This document shows positions 24,043 through 37,560 of a stretch of 64,000 nt of DNA, one piece after another. The translations under genes were made by a program, and so were the position numbers. The stretch's first letter is position 1, and each line of letters opens with the position of its first letter. A model generated the notes under the pieces. The model saw only the letters and a list, made by a program, of their open reading frames with translations, was not told where the DNA came from and searched no databases. The DNA is from Ylistrum balloti (taxonomy: Eukaryota): the NCBI RefSeq assembly GCF_031769215.1, contig NW_026782432.1, forward strand, positions 186,001 to 250,000, given 5' to 3'.

Positions 24043-27000
24043 TTGTTAATATTACTTACTTATAGTTACTTATAGTTGTTTTCCAGTACAGAAATTATTC
24101 TTCCTCTTCACCGGACTCGTTGTTAGTTATGCTCATAGTTCTGTCACTTCCTGGTGTAGCATTGTAGTTGTAGTGCAATTCCTGCTTTTCCATAATTTAT
24201 CCAGACGGTTTTTGAATGTGTTCGTGTTTGGAGCGCTGATTACATATTCCGGTAGGTTGTTACAAACTTTCCATACTCTCCGAGAGAAAATGTTTTGTCT
24301 AAAACTAATTTGGGGTCTTTGTGGATAGATTTTGTTTGAGTTTGTCCTTGAACTACTTCTTTTTGTAACACTATTCCATGGTGTAAGAATGCTGTTTGTA
24401 TCCTTTTTGTATATACCACTCATTTTCTTGTATGCCTCAATCATGTCCCCTCTTAACCTGCGAAATGCGAGAGTTGGCAATCCTAGATCCTTAAGTCTAT
24501 CTTCATAAGTTAAGTTTTTTAATCCTGGAAGCTGTTTTGTCGCCCTTCTCTGCACTCCCTAGTTCTTTCAACGTCTTTGATTCTGAAAGGTGACCAAACG
24601 GGACTAGCTAAGTCCAAGTGTGTTCTGACCAGGGTTTTGTACAAACGATTTTTTGTTCATGAAATTGAAAGTTCTCCTAAGCATAGCAAACATTGAGTTG
24701 GCTTTGATTACCTTCTCACTTATATGATCTTCGAATGTAAGCTTAGTGTCTACCTTTATTCCAATATCTTTTTTCGCTTTCCGTTTTTGCCAGCACTATG
24801 TTATTGAGTGAATAAGATGTTTCTTTCATCGAGGGATTGCCAATGTGCATGTATTTGCATTTTTGGGGGTTTACCAGTCCTTGCTCCATTTTACCATGTT
24901 ATCCAGGTCCTTTTGTAGTAAGCTGCTATCCTCTTCTTTGTCAATAATCCTGAATATTTTAGTGTCATCAGCAAATAGGAATATAGATGACTTTACGGTA
25001 TCTGACAGGTCATTCACAAAGATTACAAACAGTATCGGTCCGAGAACCGAGCCTTGTGGGATGCCTGACAACATATTTGACCTTCTGAATGTTTTCCGTT
25101 TATAGTTACCCGCTGTTCTCTCAATTTCAGAAAGCTATTTATCCATTCTATTAATTAACTGGAAAACTTATATGCCTTTAATTTGTTGAGATTCTATTTT
25201 GGGGGACTGTGTCAAAGGCCTTCTTATAATCTAAGTAGATGCAATCTATAGACAATCCTTTGTCTAATGCTTCTGTTCACTTGTCCATCACCTCTAGCAT
25301 TTTTAATGATATAGATCTTTCGGTAGAAAACCAAATTGCTTAGTTGTGAACATATTATTGGCATTCATATGTGACATTTTATGGTTCCTCACTATCTTCT
25401 CCATTGATTTACATATGACCGACGTTGGGCTCACAGGCCTGTAGTTACCTGCCTCTCTTATATATGGCACTAATTTGGGCCCTCTTCCATTCGTCTGGTA
25501 TTTGACCTATTCTTAAGAATTGGTTGAAGATGATTGTGAGTGATGTAGCTGTCGATGTTGCTATCTGTTTCAATGCTCTCGGTGTAGGTTATCTATACCT
25601 GGGGAAATTGTCAATCTTAGTTGTTGTAGCATTTCAATTACTGGTTCTTCCTTTACTTCCAAATTTATCATCTCCGCTTTTACTTCTTTCTGTTCCACTT
25701 CTGATACGTAACCTTCACTTTCTTCAACAAAGACACTTCGAAAGAAGTTAGCTGGAATGTTTGCTTTCTCTCGATCATCGCTAGTCTTCTGTGAATTTTT
25801 ATCCTTTTGGTTTTTATGTAGAGATCTCCAATACCTGATCTTGTCTTAGATTTTGATTTTATGTATCTCCAAAAAGCCTTTGGATTGGTCTTAGCCTTTG
25901 CTGAAAGATCGCTTTCAATTTTTTTTCCTCATCTTCCTCGTCTCTCTGTTAACTTAATTTCTTATCCGTTTATATTCTTTCTGTAACTTAGGATCTCTTG
26001 ATTGCATTTCCTTTTTTGCAAGTGAATGCTTATTCTTTATCAAGCCTAATGTTTTTTTATATCTATTGGATAGCCTCCGGCAGTATGTCTGCTGCTGGTT
26101 ATAGTTTTAGTAGGTACATGTTTGTCTTCTATTTCTTTTATGATTCCATGGAAAGCATCCCAATTCTTGTTAATAGGGTTCGTTGTGATTTTCTTGACCG
26201 AATCCACCTTCCTGACCTCTGCATTCATTGCTTCAAAGTTCGCTTTATTATATAGTTTCACAGTTCTCTCTTGGTTGTTAACTCTTGTGTAACAATTATA
26301 CGTCAAAGCTATCACGCAATGGTCACTTTTTCGAAGGGGCTTTCATATTCGATATCTGAAATCTTATTTTCGTTATTGGTGAACACTAGGTCTAACACAT
26401 GGGGGTATCGTTTCCTCTTCATCTTGTAAGTTTAGATACATGTTGATATAGGAAACTGTCTTTTTACATTCTAAGAATTTGAATTCATCAGAATTTGTAC
26501 CATCACTTTTAGTATCTAACATATCCCAATTTATCTCCGGGTAACTTAAATCTCCCATCAACAAGAGGTGTGAATATTTCAGCCTTGACATTCCATCAAA
26601 GACGCTGCATAACTTCTGGTTGTTTTCCCTTGAACCACCGTCTGATCTGTACATTAGTCCCATTAGCAAGTTGTCTCTGTTGTTAATTTTGACCTCAACG
26701 AATAGTTGTTCCAGAAAGTCTATATTAATTTCCTTTATCTGTGCTTTTAAGTTACTATTGACGTATATGAATATTCCTCTGCTGGTATTGTTCTCTATAT
26801 TTTTCCCAAATGTTGTGTATCCTTCCATCGAGAATTCAGTCTGACTTGGTTTGAACCTAGTTTTTTGGCTTTACTTCAGTAATCCCTATAATATCAGGTT
26901 TCATTTGATCTATTCTAATATTGATTTCAGATAGTTTGTTTGTTAATTGATCCGCATTTGTATAAACACACTTCAAATTTTCATAAATTAAACAACTATT

Positions 27001-28288
27001 TACACTATATACGTTGTTCTGGGGGATTTTTATTTTGACTCCTCCCTTATGTGAACCTTGACACTTTTTCTGGCCCTTGGTGGCCCCTTTAGATCTCTCT
27101 TCCCCCGATGATCTTGATTTCGCTTCTAGCCACAGCTTTTTCTTCCCATTCTGATTTTGTGAGATCATTACTGACTCTAATGTCTTTCTGATTTTGTAAG
27201 ATCATTACTGACTCTAATGTCTTTCAGTTGTTCATTTGACTGTAACATCTGAATATTCCCGAAGAACTCTTTTTTTTCTTTCCTATATCCTCGAATGTAG
27301 CTATTATTGATCTCTTGCTCACCTGTGTTTCGGATTCACTGTGGGCTCCTTAAATTTGCCTATTATCCTTACTTTATGCACGCATCCTGTATCTACTTTA
27401 CAGTTTCTCAGAACCTCGTGTACGATATCAGTATCATGCTTTACCCTTTCTGTTGTATTTTCGGAGTTAAGTTCCCCTTTGCCATATATGATAATGTTTG
27501 CTTCTATTTGTTTCCTTTCATTCAGTTCTCAAACCGCAGTATTTGTTGTTATCTCTTCTTCTCTAGCCTCACCTGAAATGGGCCTCTTTGATTGGTCTTT
27601 ATTTTCCTCACTGATAATTTCCCTGATACGTTTCTCATCACATGTAACTTTTTCTAGATGTGTTATCCTCTCTTTATATTCATTCATAATTATCCTACAT
27701 TTCTCTTCAATTTTGAGCTCAATAGCTATACTCTTCAAAACATCCTCTCTGCATTGAGTGAAAAACCACATCGAGTCCGAGTGACTCAAGACCTCATACT
27801 CAGTGTCTGACTTATTTAGACATATTGTACAGAAGTGTAGGCTACATTTCTCACATTCCATGACATTGGCTTTAAGATCACTAAAAGTATTCCAACACAG
27901 CTCGCATTTCCATCCTTCATCCTCCAGCTCATTGCCACTAGTTTCAGGTGACACAAATGGGGAATTATCACTCGAATTTTTCCGGGAACTGGGTCTACTA
28001 CCTCTTCTTAGACTATTTATTTTACTTTTCCCTCTTTTCGCTGCCGTAGCTGCCGGGTCGCCATATTGTTTTTTACCCGACTGATTAATCTCATCTACAA
28101 ACGTTAATTACTCTTAGTGTATTAGCAGGAAAGCACCAGGCATTCAATATTTGCTTTATACTACCTTATGAAGATTTCAAGGGAGTTTTCAATACATACA
28201 TTCTTCAAAAAGCCATCAACAATACTCATTTCCTTCAGCGCTTCAGATTTTCCAATGTTTACCTTTCGACCGGAAGTGGCGTCTCCCC
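24043..28288 (-). mobile_element. Near full-length CR1-clade LINE, inactivated (ORF1 with PHD-like finger about 28100-27250; ORF2 APE endonuclease plus RT about 27030-24133)
   Basis: CELC..CEKCSLHFCTIC..W PHD-like ORF1; YTNAD..DIIGITE, YRS and MGDLSYPEINW endonuclease motifs; SGIPQGSVLGP..FADDTKIF RT motifs; QRRATK..TYEDRL..LGLPTL..RRLRGDMIE CR1 C-terminus; (TAAG)-type 3' tail; many stops and frameshifts. Confidence 0.93.
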
Positions 28289-28722
28289 CAATGTCCGCAG
28301 ACTGGTCTCAATGTCAGCAGGTTGGTCTCAATGTCAGTAGAGATTGGTCTCAATGTCAGCAGATTGGCACCAAAGTCAGTAGAGATTGGTCTCAATGTGC
28401 GCAGATTGGTCTCGATGTCATCAGAGATTGGTCTCAATGTCAGTAGAGATTGGTCTAAATGACCTCAGAGATTGGTCTCAATGTCAGCAGATTGGTCTCA
28501 ATGTCAGTAGAGATTGGTCTAAATGACCTCAGAGATTGGTCTCAATGTCAGCAGAGATTGGTCTCAATGTCAGCAGATTGGTCTCAATGTCAGTAGAGAT
28601 TGGTCTAAATGACCTCAGAAATTGGTCTCAATGTCAGCAGAGATTGGTCTCAATGTCAGCAGAGATTGGTCTAAATGTCATCAGAGATTGGGATTAATTT
28701 CAGTAGACATTGGGCTCAGTCA
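28289..28722. repeat. 20/22-bp minisatellite, block 3
   Basis: Same unit as blocks 1 and 2. Confidence 0.95.
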
Positions 28723-29749
28723 TCTATTGGATTCAGGTAAATTATTACATGACCATGACAAAAGAATCACAATACATTATAGTTATGGATGAATTTAATA
28801 AAAACACAAGTATACATTTCTGCTACTTAAAACTGGCTAGTTACTTAACATACACAGTAATCACTAGTTAAAACACAAATTCTACACGATTCATGCAATA
28901 AATATCCCCTAACAACGTACCAAGATACATGATGTATAATCATGACTTCTTATGAAGACTTGGTGAAAGCATCGGGACTTTGACACCCTTGGTATCTTTT
29001 TACTGTCCAACTTGGTAAATAACATTTAAAAACATCAACAATATAATTAAGTTCTAAATCACTTTGTTCTAAACCCTACTTGCATATCTATGTAATTCAA
29101 AGATAGTGTATAACTGATTGGTGCCATTCCATAATGCTAAACTTACACAGGCCATTTCATAGTGCCCTTGACTTTTGTACTTCATGATCAATGTTAGTTT
29201 TTGTCAATAACACCAAACCTTTAGCTATAGTAACATGCCTTGTATCTGATGGGGAGGCATCAGGAATTTTAAAAAGGTTTTGTAGAAGAAAAGGAAGATA
29301 TTAAAATTTCAAATTTTATTATGTTTAACAATCGTATCCTCGAAACAGGAGGCACAACTAAACCTTTCCAGTGTCTCCTTTAAAGTATAATGTTGACTAT
29401 ATAAACCTCCGTGAACAACATATGGAAGGTCCATCACATGTGGACCAGAGCACAGCAGATTAAATAAGAAGTGTTGAACCAATACCTCAAATCTTCACTT
29501 CAGATTACTTTGTCCAACCCTTAAAAATCAACGTAGCCTGCAGTTGTTTCATTAAAATAGTCAGTAGGTAGAAAGGTTCTTAATATTTCATCAATATCAA
29601 ATTGTTGGGTAAAAGATTAAAATGTATCTATGTCACACTGTTTTGGTAACATACAAATACATTTGGTACTTAAGTATCAATACTGTTGTGAAAATGAGAA
29701 GTTAGTAAGCTGATTGTACTGCCTTTTCTCTGATTGTGTTTAAATAGAT

Positions 29750-29830
29750 CAATGTCCGCGACACATCCTCGGATCACTGTACAATGTCCGCGACACATCC
29801 TCGGATCACTGTACAATGTGCGCGACACAT
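29750..29830. repeat. 32-bp tandem repeat, 2.5 copies
   Basis: CAATGTCCGCGACACATCCTCGGATCACTGTA at 29750 and 29782, partial third copy. Confidence 0.9.
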
Positions 29831-30022
29831 ATTGTAACTTACCTTTTCGTCAAAAACATCCCAGTTTAATGGTTTTGCCAAGATTTTACCCGTAGATATT
29901 TGTGATAACCTGGTCTGTATCCCACACCACAAAGTCTGCCTTTTTATGGATGTATGCTATTTATTTTGTCCCGAGGCTACATCTAAGGCAATGGGCACAA
30001 TGAGCTCTTTTGATTATTTTTT

Positions 30023-31051
30023 TTATGGATTTCCAGCAACTTCTGCATGAGTCCTGATGTGCTTTTTCACACTTCTTGATTCTGTATAACCCTTCCCACA
30101 GATTCCACATGTGTAGGGTTTCTCAATTTCGTGCGATCTGATGTGTCTCTGTAAGAAAGTGAAATCACTATATGCTACTCCGCAGTATTTACACGTGAAG
30201 GGTTTCTCGAGTGCGTGTGTTATGATGTGTGACTGTAAGCCAGTTGACTCACTGAACTCCAGTCCACAGTAGTCACATGTGAAGGGTTTTCCATCTCTAT
30301 TTGCGTTAAACCCACGGAGAGGTTTGGGGCGTTTCTCTCCTGTGTGCGTCTTCATGTGTCTTTTCAGACTATCAGACAAAGTAAACCTTTTGTGGCAAAG
30401 GTCGCATGTAAATGGTTTTTCTCCTGTGTGTGTTCGCATGTGTTTCTGTAGGACTTGAGAGTGATTAAATCTGTTACCACAGACCTCACACTTATAGGGT
30501 TTTTCTCCGGTGTGAGTCCGAAAGTGTCTCTGCAGGTTACCCCTTTGACTAAACCACTTACCACAAACATCACATTTGAAATGTTTCTCTCCTGTGTGTG
30601 TCCTGAAGTGTCTTTCAAGACTGTCTGCAACACGGAACTTTTTATTACAGACGTCACACTCAAACAATTTCTCTTTTTCATGCGTCCTCAAATGTCTCTG
30701 TAGGTTTCCAGATTCGTTGAACCTTTTCTCACAAAGAATACATTTGTAAGGCTTCTCTCCTGTGTGCGTCCTGAAATGTTTCTCAAGGTGACATGAATAT
30801 CTGAACATTTTATCGCAGACAGCACATTTATACGTCTTTTCCCCTGTGTGCGTTCTTACATGCCTCTGGTGGAAATCCGGATCACTAAAACTCTTGCCAC
30901 AGATATCACACTTGTATGGTTTCTCCTTTGTGTGAGTCATTATGTGTCTTTGGAGGAAACATGAATATTTAAACAATTTATCGCAGATATCACATTTGTA
31001 GGTTTTATCCCCTTTCTGATGTGGTGTTTGTGTTTCAAGACTTAGTGCCAT
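30023..31051 (-). CDS. ZF3: C2H2 zinc-finger protein, 11 fingers (8+3), 342 aa from the first ATG
   Basis: 11 C2H2 units; the ORF-track start at 31099 is TTG and the first ATG is at 31051. Confidence 0.93.
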   Translation of the reverse strand: MALSLETQTPHQKGDKTYKCDICDKLFKYSCFLQRHIMTHTKEKPYKCDICGKSFSDPDFHQRHVRTHTGEKTYKCAVCDKMFRYSCHLEKHFRTHTGEKPYKCILCEKRFNESGNLQRHLRTHEKEKLFECDVCNKKFRVADSLERHFRTHTGEKHFKCDVCGKWFSQRGNLQRHFRTHTGEKPYKCEVCGNRFNHSQVLQKHMRTHTGEKPFTCDLCHKRFTLSDSLKRHMKTHTGEKRPKPLRGFNANRDGKPFTCDYCGLEFSESTGLQSHIITHALEKPFTCKYCGVAYSDFTFLQRHIRSHEIEKPYTCGICGKGYTESRSVKKHIRTHAEVAGNP

Positions 31052-33324
31052 TCCTAAATCCTTATGACCGACTTTCTCTAAAGCTTCATTTAGAGTCAAG
31101 AAACAAATATCAACATGAAAAGTGTGAGATAGGACAGCTTTCTGTTCATCAAGTGTTTTATTTAATCCACTCCTTCTTTTATAAAATCACATTTGCTTGC
31201 CAAGTGTTTGACTAAATTCCATCCAGTTTACAGAGGCTTACCTAACATCTCAGATCTTTCCTGATCAGTCTGAATAAATCAATTCCTGATCAAACTGATC
31301 CTGACCCAGTTCTTTCCTACTTACTGATCACGATTGTGCGATGAATATTTTCAGCATATCAGTCTTTTCAATATACAATCATGCACTTGCCTTTGGCAGT
31401 GTCCATGTTAGAGTATATATGCAAGAACATATATATATATCCAAGCATGTGCTGCAAATACGAAATCCAGGCATTCCTAAAAGGTTAAATAAAAAATTAA
31501 ATTTAATATTTCGTATTATATCAAACAAGAAAATCAATGATAAAAAGATTTTTTTTTTAAATCGATTAATTGGTTAGATTTTGTTATTTTTTCCCATGCA
31601 TTTGATTTTGGGCAAGCATTGTAATACTTAAAATTATACTCTTCACAAAACTGTGACACTCTCTGAGAAAATTAGATCAAGATTATCAAACTAAAGCTAG
31701 TCACCACTCGCTGTTGTGTCTACCACCCATCGCTGTTTTGATCGGAAATAGCCGAGTTCATCATGTGACCTTTTATAACCTAATTTTAACCAGCCATTTT
31801 GATATCATTTCTTACAATGAATAATTATGTAATTAGCCAAAACTGAATTTGCCAGACATGCTTCAATTCCTACTTTATAAAATGATCTCTTGTTTTACAC
31901 TATACCCATGATAGAACGAAATCAATGAATTTGAATTAATCTGAATCCAAAACTACATGCACAAAGACAATGTTTACACTATCTGAATGATAATGATATG
32001 AATTAGTGTTGGGTCGCTCCTATTTTATTTTAATTTTGATGTTGTTGATAAAAGGGTTAAAGTGATACCAGACACATACCATCTCACCAAGGTAAACCCT
32101 TAAGTGTAACTAAGATCATAAAGTTCCAGAGACTTTTTGTAATACTATTAGAGATGGATGCTGGACAAACATTTTTTGTATGTCTTAGGTCATTGGCCGT
32201 AGTGACCTACTGTTAATACATGACACACACCTTCACTCGGGTGAAACAAGAACATTTTTTCATTCAAAGGCTCTGATCGATACATTTGCTGACTAAAATT
32301 TTGAATTGACTACTTTTTCAGTTTATACAAATTCAATCTTGTGGAAATGCCATTTTTGTGGTTACTGTTATAAAAACAATCATCTGTACACTAATGTATC
32401 TATAGTCAGAGAATTTTTATCCTCTGTAGACTCAGAGACATATCTAACACAACTGTTATATATGTCTCTGGTAGACTGTAATATGGGAAATCCTATGTAT
32501 CTCGCAACCTGGTAATGAGATCAAAATCAGGACAATTTAGAAATCCACACACCTTCACATCAAATGAAAGAATGTTCCAAACGTTCATACGAAACACGTG
32601 GTTAAGAGTTATCCAAATAAAAGATGTTTTGATAAAAGGTAGCGAGAAAACAGAAATTTTTAATCGATTACCTGTAAATGTGGGCCTACTTACCTAAAAA
32701 TACGCGGACTAAAGCGGCGTGATTTTTGGCCAATTTCTTGTGTGGGATATCATAACAAATCAAGTGATTTCCAACTTTCAATTAGTATGTCAAACTCTAG
32801 AGAAGTAAGCGTTACATGGTGATAAAACCTGTCATAGCATGGCTCGCGTCCATTACTGGGCTGCCCTCAATCAATTGTAACGATCTGCGTCAGTCAAGCG
32901 CTTAAGGCTGGGAGGTACTAAAGACAAGATAATTACAAACTCTATCAAGTGCTATGCATGTGAATTACTTGAAATACATTTCGAGTGTGATTTTTTAAAA
33001 ACAACTTTAGAGTCAAAATGTTATCACTTTTCCCTTTAAAGTAGATTGAGAATCAACGCTTCATAAATCCAACTTATGATTGATATTGACACAAGCCATT
33101 GTAAACTTTGCATCCGAGTTCCTTTTTCTGTTGGGGAATCTAGTTTGATGGTACATTTGACTATGGACAAATCAATTCCTGTTTGTTGACTGTAATTCTT
33201 ATATAAACAATCTTGCTTCTGCTAAATTTAGATAATAGATCACTCTAAACTGTCATTAGTTTCATTGAAATGCTATAAAGGATGAACCAATGTTGTAAAA
33301 CTTATCAAATTAATTCTGATCAGA

Positions 33325-33745
33325 ATTTAAATATTGTACAAAGGACTCAGGAACACTGCATCAAAGATTTAAATATTCTATAAAGAACTCAGGAACACGG
33401 CATCAAAGATTTAAATATTCTACAAAGAACTCAGGAACACGGCATCAAAGATTTAAATATTCTACAAAGAATTCAGGAACACGGCATCAAAGATTTAAAT
33501 ATTCTACAAAGAACTCAGGAACACGGCATCAAAGATTTAAATATTCTACAAAGAACTCAGGAACACGGCATCAAAGATTTAAATATTCTACAAAGAACTC
33601 AGGAACACGGCATCAAAGATTTAAATATTCTACAAAGAACTCAGAAACACGGCATCAAAGATTTAAATATTCTACAAAGAACTCAGGAACACGGCATCAA
33701 AGATTTGAATATTGTACAAAGAACTCAGGAACACAGCATCAAAGG
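33325..33745. repeat. 42-bp tandem repeat, about 10 copies
   Basis: AAAGATTTAAATATTCTACAAAGAACTCAGGAACACGGCATC. Confidence 0.95.
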
Positions 33746-34286
33746 ATATGGTTTTAATATAGATTGATTTCATGTACATAAAGATATACATTTGCCTAAT
33801 AATCAATACATCTGCATCAAATGAAAAATTCATCAAGGACTCTTAAATGATGCAAATAATACATACAGGTGTACAAGGTATTAATGTTTCAAATAACTAT
33901 AATTTCATTGACAGCGAGAAAATATAGACAGGTAAAAATGACATGAAAATGGCTGTAAAGAAAATATTTCAAGCCTTACCACAAAATCATTAATTTTCGT
34001 GGGAAACTTATTTAATTGATTTTGTTGAAACTTGTAATTCATTAATAAAGACGTCTATGAACTGTTAAAAGTTAGTATAAGCAGATTTATTGAGCCATCG
34101 ATATCCCCAAAACCAAATGTCCATGACCGTTGTTTTTTTTATGTTTTTTTTTTTGTAAAACTACAAAAATTGAGCCCCACAAAAGTATATGACTTGACAG
34201 TATTTGAAAAAATAAATAAATTATGATGAAATTCAAAAAAGGAAAATATATATTAGTAGTATATTTCATATATCATTGCAATGAAA

Positions 34287-34779
34287 TCTATTTAAACCTG
34301 TGTAAAAAGACCACTAAAGGAAAATGAGAATAGTGGCCTTTTTAGACTAGTGACCTTCAAATAAAGGTTCAATTACACTGGGAGCCCAAGCAAGTGGCCT
34401 GCATGGACAGTTCACCTTTGAATAGAGGTGGTCCTCAGAGGTCTGTCACCTTCAGTGTAATTGCCATGAATTGTATTACATATTAAATTGGGAACCAGAT
34501 CAAGTGGCCTTAATTAACAGGTGACTTTTCAACAGAGGTGGTCCTTTTAGACAGGTGATCCTTATACATGTATACAGGTGGTCCTTACAGACAGGTCGCC
34601 TTCAGATAAAGGTAAAATTACTACAAATTGTATTATATATTACAGCTGGAACCAAATCAAGTGGTCTTTATTGATAGGTGTCCTTTCAACAGATGTGGTC
34701 CTTATAGACAGATGATCATAAATAGTTGTAAAGAAGTGGCCTGTATAAAGACAAGATCTGTAAGACTGGTTTGATTGCA
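34287..34779. mobile_element. Decayed MITE (Tc1/pogo-like ends) with internal GTGGTCCTT..AGACAGGTG repeats
   Basis: Left end TTTAAACCTGTGTAAA and right end TAAGACTGGTTTGATTGCA are imperfect inverted ends of the CAGTCAAACCTG type. Family assignment is inference. Confidence 0.6.
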
Positions 34780-35920
34780 AAATATTTCCTAATCAAATGT
34801 TAAACAATTATTGTTCAGTCGCAGAGCTATGCTTACAGACGACTATATATAAACATTGTACTTACTCACTTGGTGATATGATCAAGGACCAAAACAATAT
34901 ATCTGTCTCAAGTGTTGTCACACCGAACCATGTAATACAGAATTAGTCGACATTTTTTTTGAAAATTTCATCAATCTGACTGGGCTTAATACACGATAAA
35001 TACAACATCAGTACCATCATACTGTAAAATATTTTTTTTCGTGGTGGATTTATTTTCACTCAACTCGTTGGTACTCTGAATCCACAAATTTATATGTTAA
35101 CAACATAATTCACAGGTAAAATTTTGACATGGATTGTAGTACAGTTGGTTTCGTGAACAAGAACATAATCATGAAATCAAGTACCCATAAAAATGTGCGT
35201 TTTTGTTGATTCTCATGAAAAATGTATGATTTTACATTCACATCAGCATTGACATCAAAACTAAAATTACACAATGGAACGGTACACAGCACAGCAGTTT
35301 AAAACTCTAAAATCAAGCTGTAGATGACATAGGTAAATAGTTTACAAGATTAACAGACCTACAATCTATCTTTCCCATATCTAGATGCTTATGACACAAC
35401 AGATCTACAAGCTATTATCTTCATATCTAGGCTCTGATCATTAACAAGACACACTTGTCTCATGTTTCTTGCCTACATTCTGACCTGTGTCGTGAGACTG
35501 AAGTCAGACTGATGAGACAGTATGTTGTCTCTGGTCTACATTCTGACCCATGTCGTGAGACTGAAATCAAACTGACGAGACAATAAACCTTCAAAGTTAT
35601 AACCTTAATAATCTTGTGTCTCCATTGGTAATGATGGCAAGAGGTTTCTATAGAGACATGACGAGACATTAAACTGACCCCTGATATAGCACATCAAAGT
35701 TGCCTCCTTTATATATATTGTTCTGTGTCACTTTTGGCTAAAATGGCAAGATATTTCTACAGAAGTCCGAGGTGACACCAAACAAACTTTATATAACAAA
35801 TTCTCCCCTCCTTCATATTTTTTCAAGTGTCTTTTGTGTCTCTAGAAGCACAGGGAGATAATAAACTAACCACTGATATCCCATGTGTGCTATTAATATT
35901 AATCTTATAATATCTAATAA

Positions 35921-37560
35921 ATCTGAAGTGTCTCTGGAGGTTTTATCACACCTTAGAATCTGAAGTGTCTCTGGAGGTTTTACCCCACTACAGAATCTGA
36001 AGTGTCTCTGGAGGTTTTATCTCAACACAGAATCTGAAGTATCTCTGGAGGTTTTACCCCACTACAGAATCTGAAGTGTCTCTGGAGGTTTTATCTCAAC
36101 ACAGAATCTGAAGTGTCTCTGGAGGTTTTACCCCACCACAGAATCTGAAGTGTCTCTGGAGGTTTTATCACACCTTAGAATCTGAAGTGTCTCTGGAGGT
36201 TTTATCACACCACAGAATCTGAAGTGTCTCTGGAGGTTTTATCTCACCACAGAATCTGAAGTGTCTCTGGAGGTTTTATCTCAACACAGAATCTGAAGTG
36301 TCTCTGGAGGTTTTACCCCACTACAGAATCTGAAGTGTCTCTGGAGGTTTTATCTCACCACAGAATCTGAAGTGTCTCTGGAGGTTTTACCCCACCACAG
36401 AATCTGAAGTGTCTCTGGAGGTTTTATCTCACCATAGAAGCTGAAGTGTCTCTGGAGGTTTGTTTTACCCCACCACAGAATCTGAAGTGTCTCTGGAGGT
36501 TTTACCCCACCACAGAATCTGAAGTGTCTCTGGAGGTTTTATCTCACCACAGAATCTGAAGTGTCTCTGGAGGTTTTATCTCATCACAGAAGCTGAAGTG
36601 TCTCTGGAGGTTTAATCTCACCACAGAAGCTGAAGTGTCTCTGGAGGTTTAATCTCACCACAGAAGCTGAAGTGTCTCTGGAGGTTTTTTCTTACCCCAC
36701 CACAGAATCTGAAGTGTCTCTGGAGGTTTGTTTTATCACATCACAGAATCTAAAGTGTCACTGGAGGTTTTACCACACCACAGAATCTGAAGTGTCTCTG
36801 GAGGATTTACCACACCACAGAATCTGACGTGTCTCTGGAGGTTTAATCTCACCACAGAATCTGAAGTGTCACTGGAGGTTTTACCACACCACAGAATCTG
36901 AAGTGTCTCTGGAGGTTTGTTTTATCACATCACAGAATCTAAAGTGTCACTGGAGGTTTTACCACACCACAGAATCTGAAGTGTCTCTGGAGGTTTGTTT
37001 TATCACATCACAGAATCTCAAGTGTCTCTGGAGGTTTTACCCAACCACAGGATCTGAAGTGTCTCTAGAGGTTTGTTTTACCCCCCACAGAATCTGAAGT
37101 GTCTCTGGAGGTTTGTTTTACCACATCACAGAATCTGAAGTGTCTCTGAAGGTTTTACCCCACCACAGAATCTGAAGTGTCTCTAGAGGTTTGTTTTACC
37201 CCCCACAGAATCTGAAGTGTCTCTGGAGGTTTGTTTTGCCCCACCACAGAATCTGAAGTGTCTCTAGAGGTTTATTTTACCCCCCACAGAATCTCAAGTG
37301 TCTCTGGAGGTTTTACCCAACCACAGGATCTAAAGTGTCTCTGGAGGATTTACCACATCACAGAATCTGAAGTGTCTCTGGAGGTTTGTTTTACCCCACC
37401 ACAGAATCTGAAGTGTCTCTGAAGGTTTTATCTCACCACAGAATCTGAAGTGTCTCTGGAGGTTTGTTTTACCCCACCACAGAATCTGAAGTGTCTCTGA
37501 AAGTTTGTTTTACCCCCCACAGAATCTGAAGTGTCTCTGGAGGTTTTACCCCACCACAGA
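35921..37560. repeat. 37/41-bp minisatellite, about 42 copies, overlapping the ZF4 stop codon
   Basis: CAGAATCTGAAGTGTCTCTGGAGGTTTTACCCCACCA; spacing 35991 to 36028 is 37. Confidence 0.96.
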
